From IMG/VR virus record IMGVR_UViG_3300007764_000002, positions 1 to 39,400 of that record: a DNA stretch of 39,400 nt; one strand, given 5' to 3'. The DNA is from a virus. Taxonomy: Duplodnaviria; Caudoviricetes. Position 1 is the stretch's first letter, and each line of letters opens with the position of its first letter. Shown here piece after piece: positions 8,950 to 17,505 of this stretch. A program made the translations under genes and the position numbers. The notes beneath the pieces were generated by a model. It did not search any database. It had not been told where the DNA came from and was given only the letters and a program-made list of their open reading frames with translations.

Positions 8950-9138
8950 GTGGCAGGTAAGGGTGACAAAATTCGACCGTTTGACAGAGAAAAGTATGCA
9001 ACGAATTATGACCGGATATTCGGCAAGTGCCCGGACCATCCAGCATATAAAGCGAAAAGAAAACCTACGGTTGACTGTATAGTGTGCCGGAGACTTTGGA
9101 GAGAAGCTCAATTTAAGGAGACCCAGCATGGCAACTAA
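8950..9138 (+). CDS. Small hypothetical protein (MAGKGDKIRP...NYDRIF) with C/H zinc-finger-like tail
   Basis: AAGGAG at 8935-8940, GTG start at 8950; CPDH...CIVC. Confidence 0.65.
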   Translation: MAGKGDKIRPFDREKYATNYDRIFGKCPDHPAYKAKRKPTVDCIVCRRLWREAQFKETQHGN

Positions 9139-10027
9139 GCCCCCTTCAGTAAGCAAAAAAACCAAACCCTTGACCTTACCTAAACCGGGCGGAAGCAAAA
9201 AGACCCATGTGGCCAAGCAGTTTAAAGTGGCGGCATGGACCGGAACAGGTCAGGGTGAGAAAATTGTGGCCTACGGTAGCAGCGGAATAGGTAAGACCAC
9301 CCTTGCCTCGATGGCTCCTAACCCTATTTTCATTGGGCTGGATGACGGCGGACGTAAGATCGTAAATCCGCTTACAGGGGAGCCGATACAAGTAGTTGAG
9401 GGAATTGAATCATTCCAAGATGTACGGGATGCTCTGGCTCAGGACAATCTCTGGCCTGACGGATGCACTATTGTGATCGACACTGCCACAAAGCTTGATG
9501 AGCCTATCCAGACCTACATCATGGACAACATCACAGTGAACGGCCAGAGAGTCAAGAGTTTTCGTAAGTACGGTTGGGACGGGGATCGGCACCTGTTGGA
9601 TACATGGCGTACCTTATTGACAGACCTTGATCGCCACATTCGGAAGGGTCGAAACGTACTCCTGTTGTGTCAGCAGGGACAAATACGAATTGCAAACGCG
9701 GAGGGTGCAGACTACCTTGAAGATGGTCCGTTCCTTCCCCACCGCAATGATTGCTCAGTACGTGAAGAAGTAAAGCAATGGGCGGATCATGTTTTGCGGG
9801 TCGGCTACCTCGATCTTGAAGTTCAACCGAGTGCCGACGGAAAAAAGGCGGGCAAGGTTGTCAGCACTGATGCTACCCGTGCCATCTTTTGCGGCGGTGC
9901 TAAGCATTATACAGCGAAGAGTCGGCCTATCGGTGGAAATCGTATACCCGAGGTTATCAGCTTTGAAAGTGAGGCTGATAATTCGGTGTGGCAATACATC
10001 TTTGAGAATGCAGGACAGGAGAGTTAA
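9128..10027 (+). CDS. AAA_24 / Sak4-like ATPase (recombination mediator)
   Basis: Walker A YGSSGIGKTT, Walker B IVIDT, EWAD-like QWADHV, AKSR; sits between an exonuclease and an SSB-like gene. Confidence 0.85.
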   Translation: MATKPPSVSKKTKPLTLPKPGGSKKTHVAKQFKVAAWTGTGQGEKIVAYGSSGIGKTTLASMAPNPIFIGLDDGGRKIVNPLTGEPIQVVEGIESFQDVRDALAQDNLWPDGCTIVIDTATKLDEPIQTYIMDNITVNGQRVKSFRKYGWDGDRHLLDTWRTLLTDLDRHIRKGRNVLLLCQQGQIRIANAEGADYLEDGPFLPHRNDCSVREEVKQWADHVLRVGYLDLEVQPSADGKKAGKVVSTDATRAIFCGGAKHYTAKSRPIGGNRIPEVISFESEADNSVWQYIFENAGQES

Positions 10028-10029
10028 GA

Positions 10030-10392
10030 ATGCTGAAACCCCGGAACACATTAGTTGTAGTAACTGAGATTAAAGACGCGGAACGAAAGACAGAGACCGG
10101 AATCGTTTTACCATCCGTCACAAGCCACGAGTATAAGGTGTGTGAAGTGATCGCGGTCGGTCCCGGCATGGTTACGGAACAAGGCGAAATGAGTAGTTGT
10201 CGCGACCTGAAAGAAGGCATGACAGTGCTGGTGAAGCTGGCTCAAAGTCGTCGTGTAAGTCAAGACATGGCCCAATTGCAACCGATTGGTGTGAAATTCA
10301 CTGCCCAAGATGGACGGGCACTTTCACTCGTCGAACAGTCCCAAGTTGTGGCCATCCTTCAGCCTGATCTTACGGCTGGGTTGATTAACTAA
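10030..10392 (+). CDS. groES: Co-chaperonin GroES (Cpn10) homolog
   Basis: LKPRNTLVVV, mobile loop KTETGIVLP, EVIAVGPG, LKEGMTVL. Confidence 0.85.
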   Translation: MLKPRNTLVVVTEIKDAERKTETGIVLPSVTSHEYKVCEVIAVGPGMVTEQGEMSSCRDLKEGMTVLVKLAQSRRVSQDMAQLQPIGVKFTAQDGRALSLVEQSQVVAILQPDLTAGLIN

Positions 10393-10427
10393 AATTAGAT
10401 AGACCCTGTTTAAACAAGGAGAATAAA

Positions 10428-11285
10428 ATGAAGATCGATTTAGTTGGAACTTACCGTGGTACGGTAGAAGAGTCGGCCCTCGGTGTAACAAAGAACGGCT
10501 TTCCGCGATGGATTGGTCGGTTAAAAGCCACTGAAAAGTACATCGAGGCCAAGTCTGAATTGGAACACTATGGTCTTGAAGAGCCGGGCTGGGTTGATTG
10601 GGCGGAGTATGATGAATCAATCATTGCTTACATGGTGCTCTTCAACGATACCGAAACGTTCTCAGCCGAGACCAAGCTGCAGAATTACGATCAGCTTCAG
10701 GTAGCGTTAAACTGGGACGGTTCGGAATTTAACACGCTGCAGGATGATTCAGTCGTCGGTAAGAAGGTTTTATTCCGTGTGGAGGAACATGAGTGGGAAG
10801 GCAACACCCGTCTGGAAGTAAACTGGATCGATGATTTTGAAGCTAGCCCCACCCGTGAACTGAAGAAGATCGATTCCGACACCATTAAGGGCCTTAATGC
10901 TCGGCTGTCGTTTAAGAAAAAACCGACGGCTGCAAAACCGGGAAAACCTGCAAACGGTAAAACGAAAAAGTCAGATTCCCCGAAGGCGGCTGCTCCGCCG
11001 AAGGCCAAGCAGGAAGAAAAACCGGTAGAAGAACCTCCGGTCGAAGATCAGGTTGAGGACACTTCCGAAGATTCCAACACTGATCTGCCGAACAAGTGCA
11101 CTCAGATCGAGGCTTGGGAGTATATCCAGAGTCTCAAGGAGGGCGAGTCGGATGTTGATATCGAATCAGCATGGCTTGAAGCCTGTACTACCGTGAACGC
11201 AGACAAGGATGAGGACGAGTTCACTGATTCTGAATGGGCACAAGTTCGCGACACCGTGGTTAAGAACCTCGCTTTGGGTGCCTGA
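10428..11285 (+). CDS. Putative single-stranded DNA-binding protein (DUF669-like)
   Basis: GTY.G.V...G..KNG and VGKKVLFRVEEHEWEG..RLEV OB-fold pattern, K/P linker, acidic C-terminal domain; follows Sak4. Confidence 0.6.
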   Translation: MKIDLVGTYRGTVEESALGVTKNGFPRWIGRLKATEKYIEAKSELEHYGLEEPGWVDWAEYDESIIAYMVLFNDTETFSAETKLQNYDQLQVALNWDGSEFNTLQDDSVVGKKVLFRVEEHEWEGNTRLEVNWIDDFEASPTRELKKIDSDTIKGLNARLSFKKKPTAAKPGKPANGKTKKSDSPKAAAPPKAKQEEKPVEEPPVEDQVEDTSEDSNTDLPNKCTQIEAWEYIQSLKEGESDVDIESAWLEACTTVNADKDEDEFTDSEWAQVRDTVVKNLALGA

Positions 11286-11307
11286 GTTGGGCATCCTATT
11301 TATACCC

Positions 11308-11342
11308 ATCCTGCTTCTGGCGAAAGCTGGAAGTAGGATTTT
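11308..11342 (+). terminator. Intrinsic terminator
   Basis: ATCCTGCTTC-TGGC-GAAA-GCTG-GAAGTAGGAT, GNRA loop, T run. Confidence 0.65.
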
Positions 11343-11363
11343 AAAAACCCTAGCGAGGTTAAT

Positions 11364-13706
11364 ATGAGTGAGACAAAGTTTGATAATTTGATGAGGAAGT
11401 TTCAAGGGAATGTCTACCCGGCAATGCTTGATTCGCTCGGTGCCCATTTGGGAGTTGACGCGAAGACGCTTGGCTCGCTTGACTTAGGCTGGGCACCTAT
11501 TGTCAGTTTTAAAAAGGGTCCGAACTTTCAAGGTTGGTGGGTGATTCCTGAACGTGACGCCGACGGAAAGATCAGGGGGCTAAGTTTGCGATCTCAGTTT
11601 GATCGTAAGGTAATGTACCCGGGATCAAATCACGGTCTTATATATCCCCTTAATCCCAACCATGAACGGGGAACAGTTGAGTATAAAAACGGTGCACATA
11701 ACTGGGTTCGGCCAATGGATGCAGGGATTGAGTGCCCGGTGTGTGGAAAACCTGATGGTTGTTTAATCTCAGCAGACGATGTGGAGGACCCGAAGGCTGC
11801 CATATGTATCCGGGTCAAGGATAATGCCGTCAAGCCCATGAAATTCGGGTACCTCCACATTTTAAAACAGGAAGGGAGACTCGTTCCGGGCGTATCAGCA
11901 TTGCCGGCAAGTGAGCATCCTATAATAATTGTTGAGGGAATGACGGATGTAGCTACGGCCCTCGGTCTAGGATTTATGGCAGTAGGAAGACCGTCGAACC
12001 TTGCTGGCATGGATATGCTGAAAGACCTTGTTCGGGGCAGGAAGGTCATAATTATTGGCGAGAACGATGACGTTAACCCTACAACAGGGCAACGGCCCGG
12101 CCATGAAGGAATGTTGGCATCCTTCCAAGTTCTGAAACAAACCTGCCCTGATAGCTGTATGGTGCTACCGCCGGATCATATCAAGGATTTTCGACAGTGG
12201 GTAACTCGGTATAATCTTACCGCTGAGCAGTTTTTAGAATATGTTGATGAACATAAGCAGACCGGAGGGGAAAACGAGTGTATCCTTCCCAATCGAAAAG
12301 CCTTGACACTTGCCAGAGCGTGGTTGATGAACGAACATAGAATGGCTGGTCGATTTACTCTTCGATGGTATGCGGATCAGTGGTACAAGTATCGAGGAAC
12401 AAAGTACGAGCAAGTCGGACTGAAGGATACGATTCGGGGGCCGCTGTATGAATGGTGCGATGACAAGATGGTAATGACTGAAACAAAATCAGGCGAGACC
12501 AAAGTTGAACCGCTGATGTGCAACCGTCATCTGGTGAATGATATCGCGGATGCTATGCTGGATGACTGTCCCATTAAGGCGGATACAATACCAGTCTGGA
12601 TTAACGGGTGCACGGGTCCCGATCCATCTGATCTTATACCCTTCGCAAACGGCGTACTATGGGTGCCAAAGTATCTAGCTGGTGCCCCGGAAGATGAGTA
12701 TATGCTGAACTCAACGCCGGACCTGTTCAATACGTTTGCCCTACCGTTTGCGTTTGATCCGACGGCGAAGTGCCCCCGATGGAGACGATTCCTTGCTACG
12801 ACTTTCGACGATAATAGAGAGAAAAAGGACCTCCTTCGGGAGTGGTTTGGGTATTGCTTGACTTCTGATACCAGCCTGCACAAGCTGATGATGTTCCACG
12901 GCCCTCGTCGATCTGGCAAGTCCACCGCAATCGCTGTACTTGAGGGCATTGTAGGACGAGAACATTGTGCAGCGATTACATTCAGTCGGCTACTGGAAAG
13001 CTTTGGATTAGCAGGGTTAGTCGGTAAACATGTCGCCTTGATGTCTGATGCTAGACTTCCGGCAGGTTCCAGTTCTATGAAAGCGATGGAGATTCTCCTT
13101 AATATCGTCGGCGAAGACCCCGTGGATATCAACAGAAAGAATCGAGATGCCCTCGCGAACCACAGGCTAAACTGTCGATTTACCATTGCAACAAATGAAC
13201 TACCCCAGCTACCCGATCATTCGGGAGCAATGGAAGCACGTTTAAACGTCATACAATTTCCGAACTCTTTTTACGGAAAGGAAGATTTTAACCTACGTGA
13301 AAAGCTGATCGAGGAAGCTCCCGGTATAACGGTGTGGGCCTTGGAAGGACTACGTCGATTGCGAGTAAGCAGACGCTTTACCGTGCCTGAATCGAGCGAA
13401 GAGTCTCTGCGAGATTGGAAGCAATTGACATCTCCCGAAGCATCCTTCATTGAAGAGTGCTGCGATCAGGGAAGTAAGGATTTTGAAGTACAGCGAGCAG
13501 AGTTGTATGAAGCATGGCGAGGCTGGGCCACAGAGCGAGGGATGAGACCGGTATCTGTCAGCGTGTTTTACGAGCGAGTTAAACAGCACGTTTCATTCCT
13601 AAGTTCGGAATGTCACACCCAGTCCGGTCGAAAGAGACATATATTCAAGGGATTAAAGCTGCGTAATTGGGCTGTCAAACAATATCTTGGAAAACCCGAA
13701 GACTAA
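11364..13706 (+). CDS. Primase-helicase (TOPRIM primase + D5/P4-type SF3 helicase)
   Basis: CPVCGKPDGC Zn finger; TOPRIM IIVEGMTD and IIGEND; D5_N region; Walker A GPRRSGKST; TNELP; C-terminal wHTH. Confidence 0.9.
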   Translation: MSETKFDNLMRKFQGNVYPAMLDSLGAHLGVDAKTLGSLDLGWAPIVSFKKGPNFQGWWVIPERDADGKIRGLSLRSQFDRKVMYPGSNHGLIYPLNPNHERGTVEYKNGAHNWVRPMDAGIECPVCGKPDGCLISADDVEDPKAAICIRVKDNAVKPMKFGYLHILKQEGRLVPGVSALPASEHPIIIVEGMTDVATALGLGFMAVGRPSNLAGMDMLKDLVRGRKVIIIGENDDVNPTTGQRPGHEGMLASFQVLKQTCPDSCMVLPPDHIKDFRQWVTRYNLTAEQFLEYVDEHKQTGGENECILPNRKALTLARAWLMNEHRMAGRFTLRWYADQWYKYRGTKYEQVGLKDTIRGPLYEWCDDKMVMTETKSGETKVEPLMCNRHLVNDIADAMLDDCPIKADTIPVWINGCTGPDPSDLIPFANGVLWVPKYLAGAPEDEYMLNSTPDLFNTFALPFAFDPTAKCPRWRRFLATTFDDNREKKDLLREWFGYCLTSDTSLHKLMMFHGPRRSGKSTAIAVLEGIVGREHCAAITFSRLLESFGLAGLVGKHVALMSDARLPAGSSSMKAMEILLNIVGEDPVDINRKNRDALANHRLNCRFTIATNELPQLPDHSGAMEARLNVIQFPNSFYGKEDFNLREKLIEEAPGITVWALEGLRRLRVSRRFTVPESSEESLRDWKQLTSPEASFIEECCDQGSKDFEVQRAELYEAWRGWATERGMRPVSVSVFYERVKQHVSFLSSECHTQSGRKRHIFKGLKLRNWAVKQYLGKPED

Positions 13707-13716
13707 GGAGACGACT

Positions 13717-14640
13717 ATGACACTTCCGAACGATAAAAATGCACGTAAGGCCCTTCCAATGGCTCGGGGATTGCTGGATTACTTCCCTGACGCACTGGCA
13801 GAAGTTGCTCACGTGAGTCAAGTGGGAAACGATCAGCACAACCCCGGCGAGGAATTACACTGGGCCAAGGATAAGTCGCAAGATCACGCCGATGCTTTAA
13901 TACGGCACCTGACGGAGCGGGGGAAGGTAGACAGTGATGGTCTTCGACATAGCGGAAAGGTGGCGTGGCGAGCACTAGCAGCGTTGCAGATCGAGCTTGA
14001 CAAAGAAGCTAAGATGGAGATGCCAGTGGCTACTATCTCCCCGAAGCCAAAGCCCGACCGGATTTGGAGTGAACTCAAGCAAGATACGCTACGCACCCAC
14101 CGAAATACCCTGATAACTAGCGGGTGCACACCGGAGGTTGCTGCTCAGATTATCGATGGCATGACCTTTCCCGGACTCTATTCGCTAAAGGGGAGACAAC
14201 GCCAGTCAATAGTTTATATCGCGGGTCCAATGCGAGGGTATATTGACCATAACTTTACATCCTTCGATAACTGCCGGGATGACTGTCTGAACAAGGGGTA
14301 CATTGTGATAAGTCCGGCTGACATTGATCGAGCAGCCGGGGATGCAGAAGACGATAAGGACATATCACAGCCTCGTAACGCTGCGATTCAGAGACGCTAC
14401 GCTTATCGGGATTTTCACGCCATACATTCCTTGACAGCAGAACAGGGAGACGGTATCGTGATGTTGCCGGACTGGGAAACTTCTGTGGGTGCGACTGCTG
14501 AGTTATTTATGGCACGCTGGCTTCAACTTAATGTCTTCTATAAAGTTGCAGATCGCCCGCTTACCGAAAGGGATTTGCAGGGGGATCGCATCATTTCATC
14601 ACTTTCTTACTACCTAGGAGCAAGTAAAACATGGCAGTAA
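13717..14640 (+). CDS. Fusion of DUF5664 (dATP/dGTP diphosphohydrolase N-terminal-like) and DUF4406 (nucleoside deoxyribosyltransferase-like)
   Basis: FPDALAEVAHVS..G..QH...HW...DALIRH...H..KVAWRALA; then VYIAGPMRG...F...ISPAD...LPDWETSVGATAE; RBS AAGGAG before ATG 13717. Confidence 0.8.
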   Translation: MTLPNDKNARKALPMARGLLDYFPDALAEVAHVSQVGNDQHNPGEELHWAKDKSQDHADALIRHLTERGKVDSDGLRHSGKVAWRALAALQIELDKEAKMEMPVATISPKPKPDRIWSELKQDTLRTHRNTLITSGCTPEVAAQIIDGMTFPGLYSLKGRQRQSIVYIAGPMRGYIDHNFTSFDNCRDDCLNKGYIVISPADIDRAAGDAEDDKDISQPRNAAIQRRYAYRDFHAIHSLTAEQGDGIVMLPDWETSVGATAELFMARWLQLNVFYKVADRPLTERDLQGDRIISSLSYYLGASKTWQ

Positions 14641-16232
14641 ATAACAGAGAATTATACGAAGCAGTCCAACAGTTTGGGGGGATACGAGCAGCCTCACGAG
14701 AGCTTGGCATTCCCAAGTCTACCATCAGTGATCGACTGAAGAACTACAGCCCTGATCTTCCTGAGCATGCGGCGTTGCCCACAAGCGACATGTTTGCAGG
14801 GTCTCACGTCGAAGAAGAAGGGGTAGAGACTATTAACTACTGTAAGACGCAAACGGCTCCTGTGGCCCGTTACATCCTGACATCGGCTCAGAATAACTGC
14901 CAAGTACATGCTCAATTCTTGAAGAACCTTCAGGCCCTTGCGAAAAAAGTTGATGCTCAGATTCTCATAGGATTTACAATCTATGATAAGGCTGGGTATC
15001 GGGGCCTTGTTCGGAAAGGGGAGCATGTTCGGAATCGGGATATCTGGTGGGACAAGGCCGTTATGCCGTATGCTATGAACAAGTGTGCAAAGCTGGCGAA
15101 ACGGTTTTCTTTTTGCGGGGAACTTGACATTATCGCCACCGCTCAACAGCCGCTGAGTAGCTTGGAATCGTATTGCGGACGTTCATCAATTGCAGTTCCC
15201 CACAACAAATTTCAGTTTAAGTGTGTCGAGAGCCGTCACCACCAGATGCCGAAAGAGATGTACACAACCGGCAGTGTCACGAAGAAGAGATTTGTTCAGA
15301 GAAAAGCAGGACAGCTTGCCCAGTTCCATCATGTCCTTGGAGCGTTGCTGGTAGAAGTTACGGATGACGGTTACTTCTATGTGCACCATCTGAATGCCGA
15401 GAAGGACGGGTCATTTTACTGGCTGAACACCCGCGTTGAAAATGGGAAGACAAAAAAAGCCCAACCAATATCAGGATTAATTCTTGGCGACATTCACGCG
15501 GAGAAATTTAACTGGTATGACTTGCGTTACATAGGAAAGATTATACAGACACTTCGCCCGGCTGATATATTTGTGCACGACCTACTCGACTTTCGTAGTC
15601 GAAATCACCACAATATCCGCGATCCGTTTTTTCGAGTGTCTGAGAAGAGCTTTACTGTTCGGGATGATTTGCTGTCGGCGGGGACCTTTTTACATTCGCT
15701 TGCCAAAAAATCTCCAGACGCGAAAATTTGGGTGGTAGCATCGAACCATGATGCGGCCCTAGCTCGGTGGATCAAGGAAACTGATTGGAGAACAGACGCG
15801 ATTAATGCGTATACCTATCTATCCATTGCACGCCATGCGGTAAAACTAATCGACGACGGACTCATCCTAGACAGACTCCGCCTTCTCCGAATCGCGATAG
15901 AAGAATACTGTGACATCGATAAGTCGGTGACGTTTTTACATCAGGATGAAAGCATCGAAGTGGAAGGAATTGAGTGTGGAATACACGGACATATTGGCCC
16001 TAACGGAGCTAGAGGAAACCCACGAGCCTATAGTCGTCTTGGCTTCAAGACGTTCACGGCCCATACCCACACCCCCTCGATTAATGACGGTTGCTACACC
16101 GTCGGCGTATCGGGAAACCTTGACATGGGGTATAATAAGGGACCGTCAAAGTGGATGCACTGTCACGGAATAATATACCCGAACGGGAAACGTGCTTTCT
16201 TGTTCTACAAAAACGACAAGTGGAGAGCTTAA
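14631..16232 (+). CDS. T5 A1-like metallophosphoesterase/nuclease with N-terminal HTH
   Basis: ILTSAQNN, QRKAGQ, GDIHAEK, HDLLDFRSRNHHN, SNHD.AL.RW, GIECGIHGH.G.NG.RG, HTHT, G.LDMGYN.G recall T5 A1; GGIRAASRELGIPKSTISDRL HTH. Confidence 0.85.
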   Translation: MAVNNRELYEAVQQFGGIRAASRELGIPKSTISDRLKNYSPDLPEHAALPTSDMFAGSHVEEEGVETINYCKTQTAPVARYILTSAQNNCQVHAQFLKNLQALAKKVDAQILIGFTIYDKAGYRGLVRKGEHVRNRDIWWDKAVMPYAMNKCAKLAKRFSFCGELDIIATAQQPLSSLESYCGRSSIAVPHNKFQFKCVESRHHQMPKEMYTTGSVTKKRFVQRKAGQLAQFHHVLGALLVEVTDDGYFYVHHLNAEKDGSFYWLNTRVENGKTKKAQPISGLILGDIHAEKFNWYDLRYIGKIIQTLRPADIFVHDLLDFRSRNHHNIRDPFFRVSEKSFTVRDDLLSAGTFLHSLAKKSPDAKIWVVASNHDAALARWIKETDWRTDAINAYTYLSIARHAVKLIDDGLILDRLRLLRIAIEEYCDIDKSVTFLHQDESIEVEGIECGIHGHIGPNGARGNPRAYSRLGFKTFTAHTHTPSINDGCYTVGVSGNLDMGYNKGPSKWMHCHGIIYPNGKRAFLFYKNDKWRA

Positions 16233-16233
16233 G

Positions 16234-16323
16234 ATGCCACTTGATTACTTTTTGGGTATTGTCACTTTCGCAATCGTATACGTAACTGGTGAATGTATTT
16301 ATGGACTTTTTAGAAGGAGATGA
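16234..16323 (+). CDS. 29-aa single-TM peptide (not in ORF track)
   Basis: MPLDYFLGIVTFAIVYVTGECIYGLFRRR; GGAG RBS; fills the gap exactly. Confidence 0.55.
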   Translation: MPLDYFLGIVTFAIVYVTGECIYGLFRRR

Positions 16324-16326
16324 GTT

Positions 16327-16539
16327 ATGGATGAGCTTGTTATTGGATTGTTTACGAAGTACCCGGTTTTGTCGGTAGTCCTGAGTTGCTGCATTGCGGC
16401 TCATGCACTGGCAGTATTTGTTGTGAACTTGACACCTACGCCGAAAGACGATGCGTATCTCGCAAAATTTTATAAGTGGGTGGAATGGGTCGCCGGGATT
16501 GTGTCCCCCAAGTCAAAGGATAAAGGAGGCGAGAAATGA
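16327..16539 (+). CDS. Holin-like membrane protein
   Basis: Hydrophobic helix followed by TPTPKDD and an amphipathic helix, basic tail; AAGGAG RBS. Confidence 0.65.
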   Translation: MDELVIGLFTKYPVLSVVLSCCIAAHALAVFVVNLTPTPKDDAYLAKFYKWVEWVAGIVSPKSKDKGGEK

Positions 16540-16865
16540 GACGGACACTTTTTAGTGTCGTGCTGATCTTTGCACTGTTGTCGGTAGCGTGCACGTCATC
16601 ACCGAAAGTAATCTACGCACAGGCAAATGACGTGTACATCTCGGCAGTTCAGACGCTGCTGGTTGCTCAATCGACGGGAGAGTTCACGAACGATGAGTGG
16701 ACGAACGATATACTCCCGCTGATCGTCGAAGGGGACAAGCTGTTGACGGAATTTGACTCCGCCATCAAGACCGGCTCTCCTACTGATTCGATTGTAGTTA
16801 CCCTGCAGCGTGTTCTGATTCACCTACAACCTTATGTCGCACGAGCGAAGGAGTCATCACATTGA
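16536..16865 (+). CDS. Lipoprotein (possible spanin or exclusion protein)
   Basis: MRR + hydrophobic core + lipobox LSVAC; ATGA coupling. Confidence 0.7.
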   Translation: MRRTLFSVVLIFALLSVACTSSPKVIYAQANDVYISAVQTLLVAQSTGEFTNDEWTNDILPLIVEGDKLLTEFDSAIKTGSPTDSIVVTLQRVLIHLQPYVARAKESSH

Positions 16866-17044
16866 ATTACACCCTTCTTATTCAAGCAGCGTTAGCGGCA
16901 CTTGATCTGTCGCTCTCATTGGCGAGGACGGCGAATATGGACGAAGAAACGCTTCAGAAGTATATCGACCAACGGAATGCGTTACGCAAAGAACTTGTAG
17001 AACAGGCTAAAAATGCGACACAAACCGATCAACAGTCCTCGTGA
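16862..17044 (+). CDS. Small protein, hydrophobic N-terminus plus coiled coil
   Basis: AAGGAG RBS, TTG start overlapping the upstream TGA. Confidence 0.6.
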   Translation: MNYTLLIQAALAALDLSLSLARTANMDEETLQKYIDQRNALRKELVEQAKNATQTDQQSS

Positions 17045-17375
17045 TTTATTAACCCTTGTGCGGTTATACGCTCCAAGTCGAGCGTGTGAACGTGCAATCG
17101 ATGAAGATCGCGTTGAGTTTTTAGGGGGGTTTCTGCCGAAAGGCAATGACCCCCATTGGATAGTACGTATTAAATCAGTGCACGGTCGTACGTGGATTAT
17201 CAAGGTTTCAGTAGATCAAGAGACTATGACGTACGGCGTACATCAGATCGAGGAAAGTGATATCAAGTGGTCTGATTGGGACGGTGATAAGCACACTAGA
17301 AGCCCCCTTTATTGCGGGTCTCTTCCACACGTGTATCAAGAGAAAAAGAATAGGAGTTTAAACAGTGATGACTAA
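17013..17375 (+). CDS. Hypothetical protein
   Basis: 120-aa ORF continuing the operon. Confidence 0.6.
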   Translation: MRHKPINSPRDLLTLVRLYAPSRACERAIDEDRVEFLGGFLPKGNDPHWIVRIKSVHGRTWIIKVSVDQETMTYGVHQIEESDIKWSDWDGDKHTRSPLYCGSLPHVYQEKKNRSLNSDD

Positions 17376-17505
17376 AGTTCTATATCTGATCGGCAGCGGG
17401 ATTCTCGGAGGGCATGGTGTGATGGTGGGAAACGGCTGGGAAGTTGCCGTCGCCGTCTGCTTCATGCTGGGCACAATGCTGGCTTTTACGGAGTATGAGA
17501 GATGA
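17368..17505 (+). CDS. 45-aa two-TM membrane peptide (not in ORF track)
   Basis: MTKVLYLIGSGILGGHGVMVGNGWEVAVAVCFMLGTMLAFTEYER; AGGAG RBS; ATGA overlap with next gene. Confidence 0.6.
   Translation: MTKVLYLIGSGILGGHGVMVGNGWEVAVAVCFMLGTMLAFTEYER

Noticed and set aside
12527-13186. 219-aa antisense ORF and the many other antisense ORFs in the track
   Set aside because: Fully nested opposite well-supported genes, no RBS or motifs; shadow ORFs
13717-14640. Z-genome (2-aminoadenine) system
   Set aside because: No PurZ or HD-family DatZ visible; DUF5664 alone is insufficient, and restriction-site avoidance suggests largely unmodified DNA
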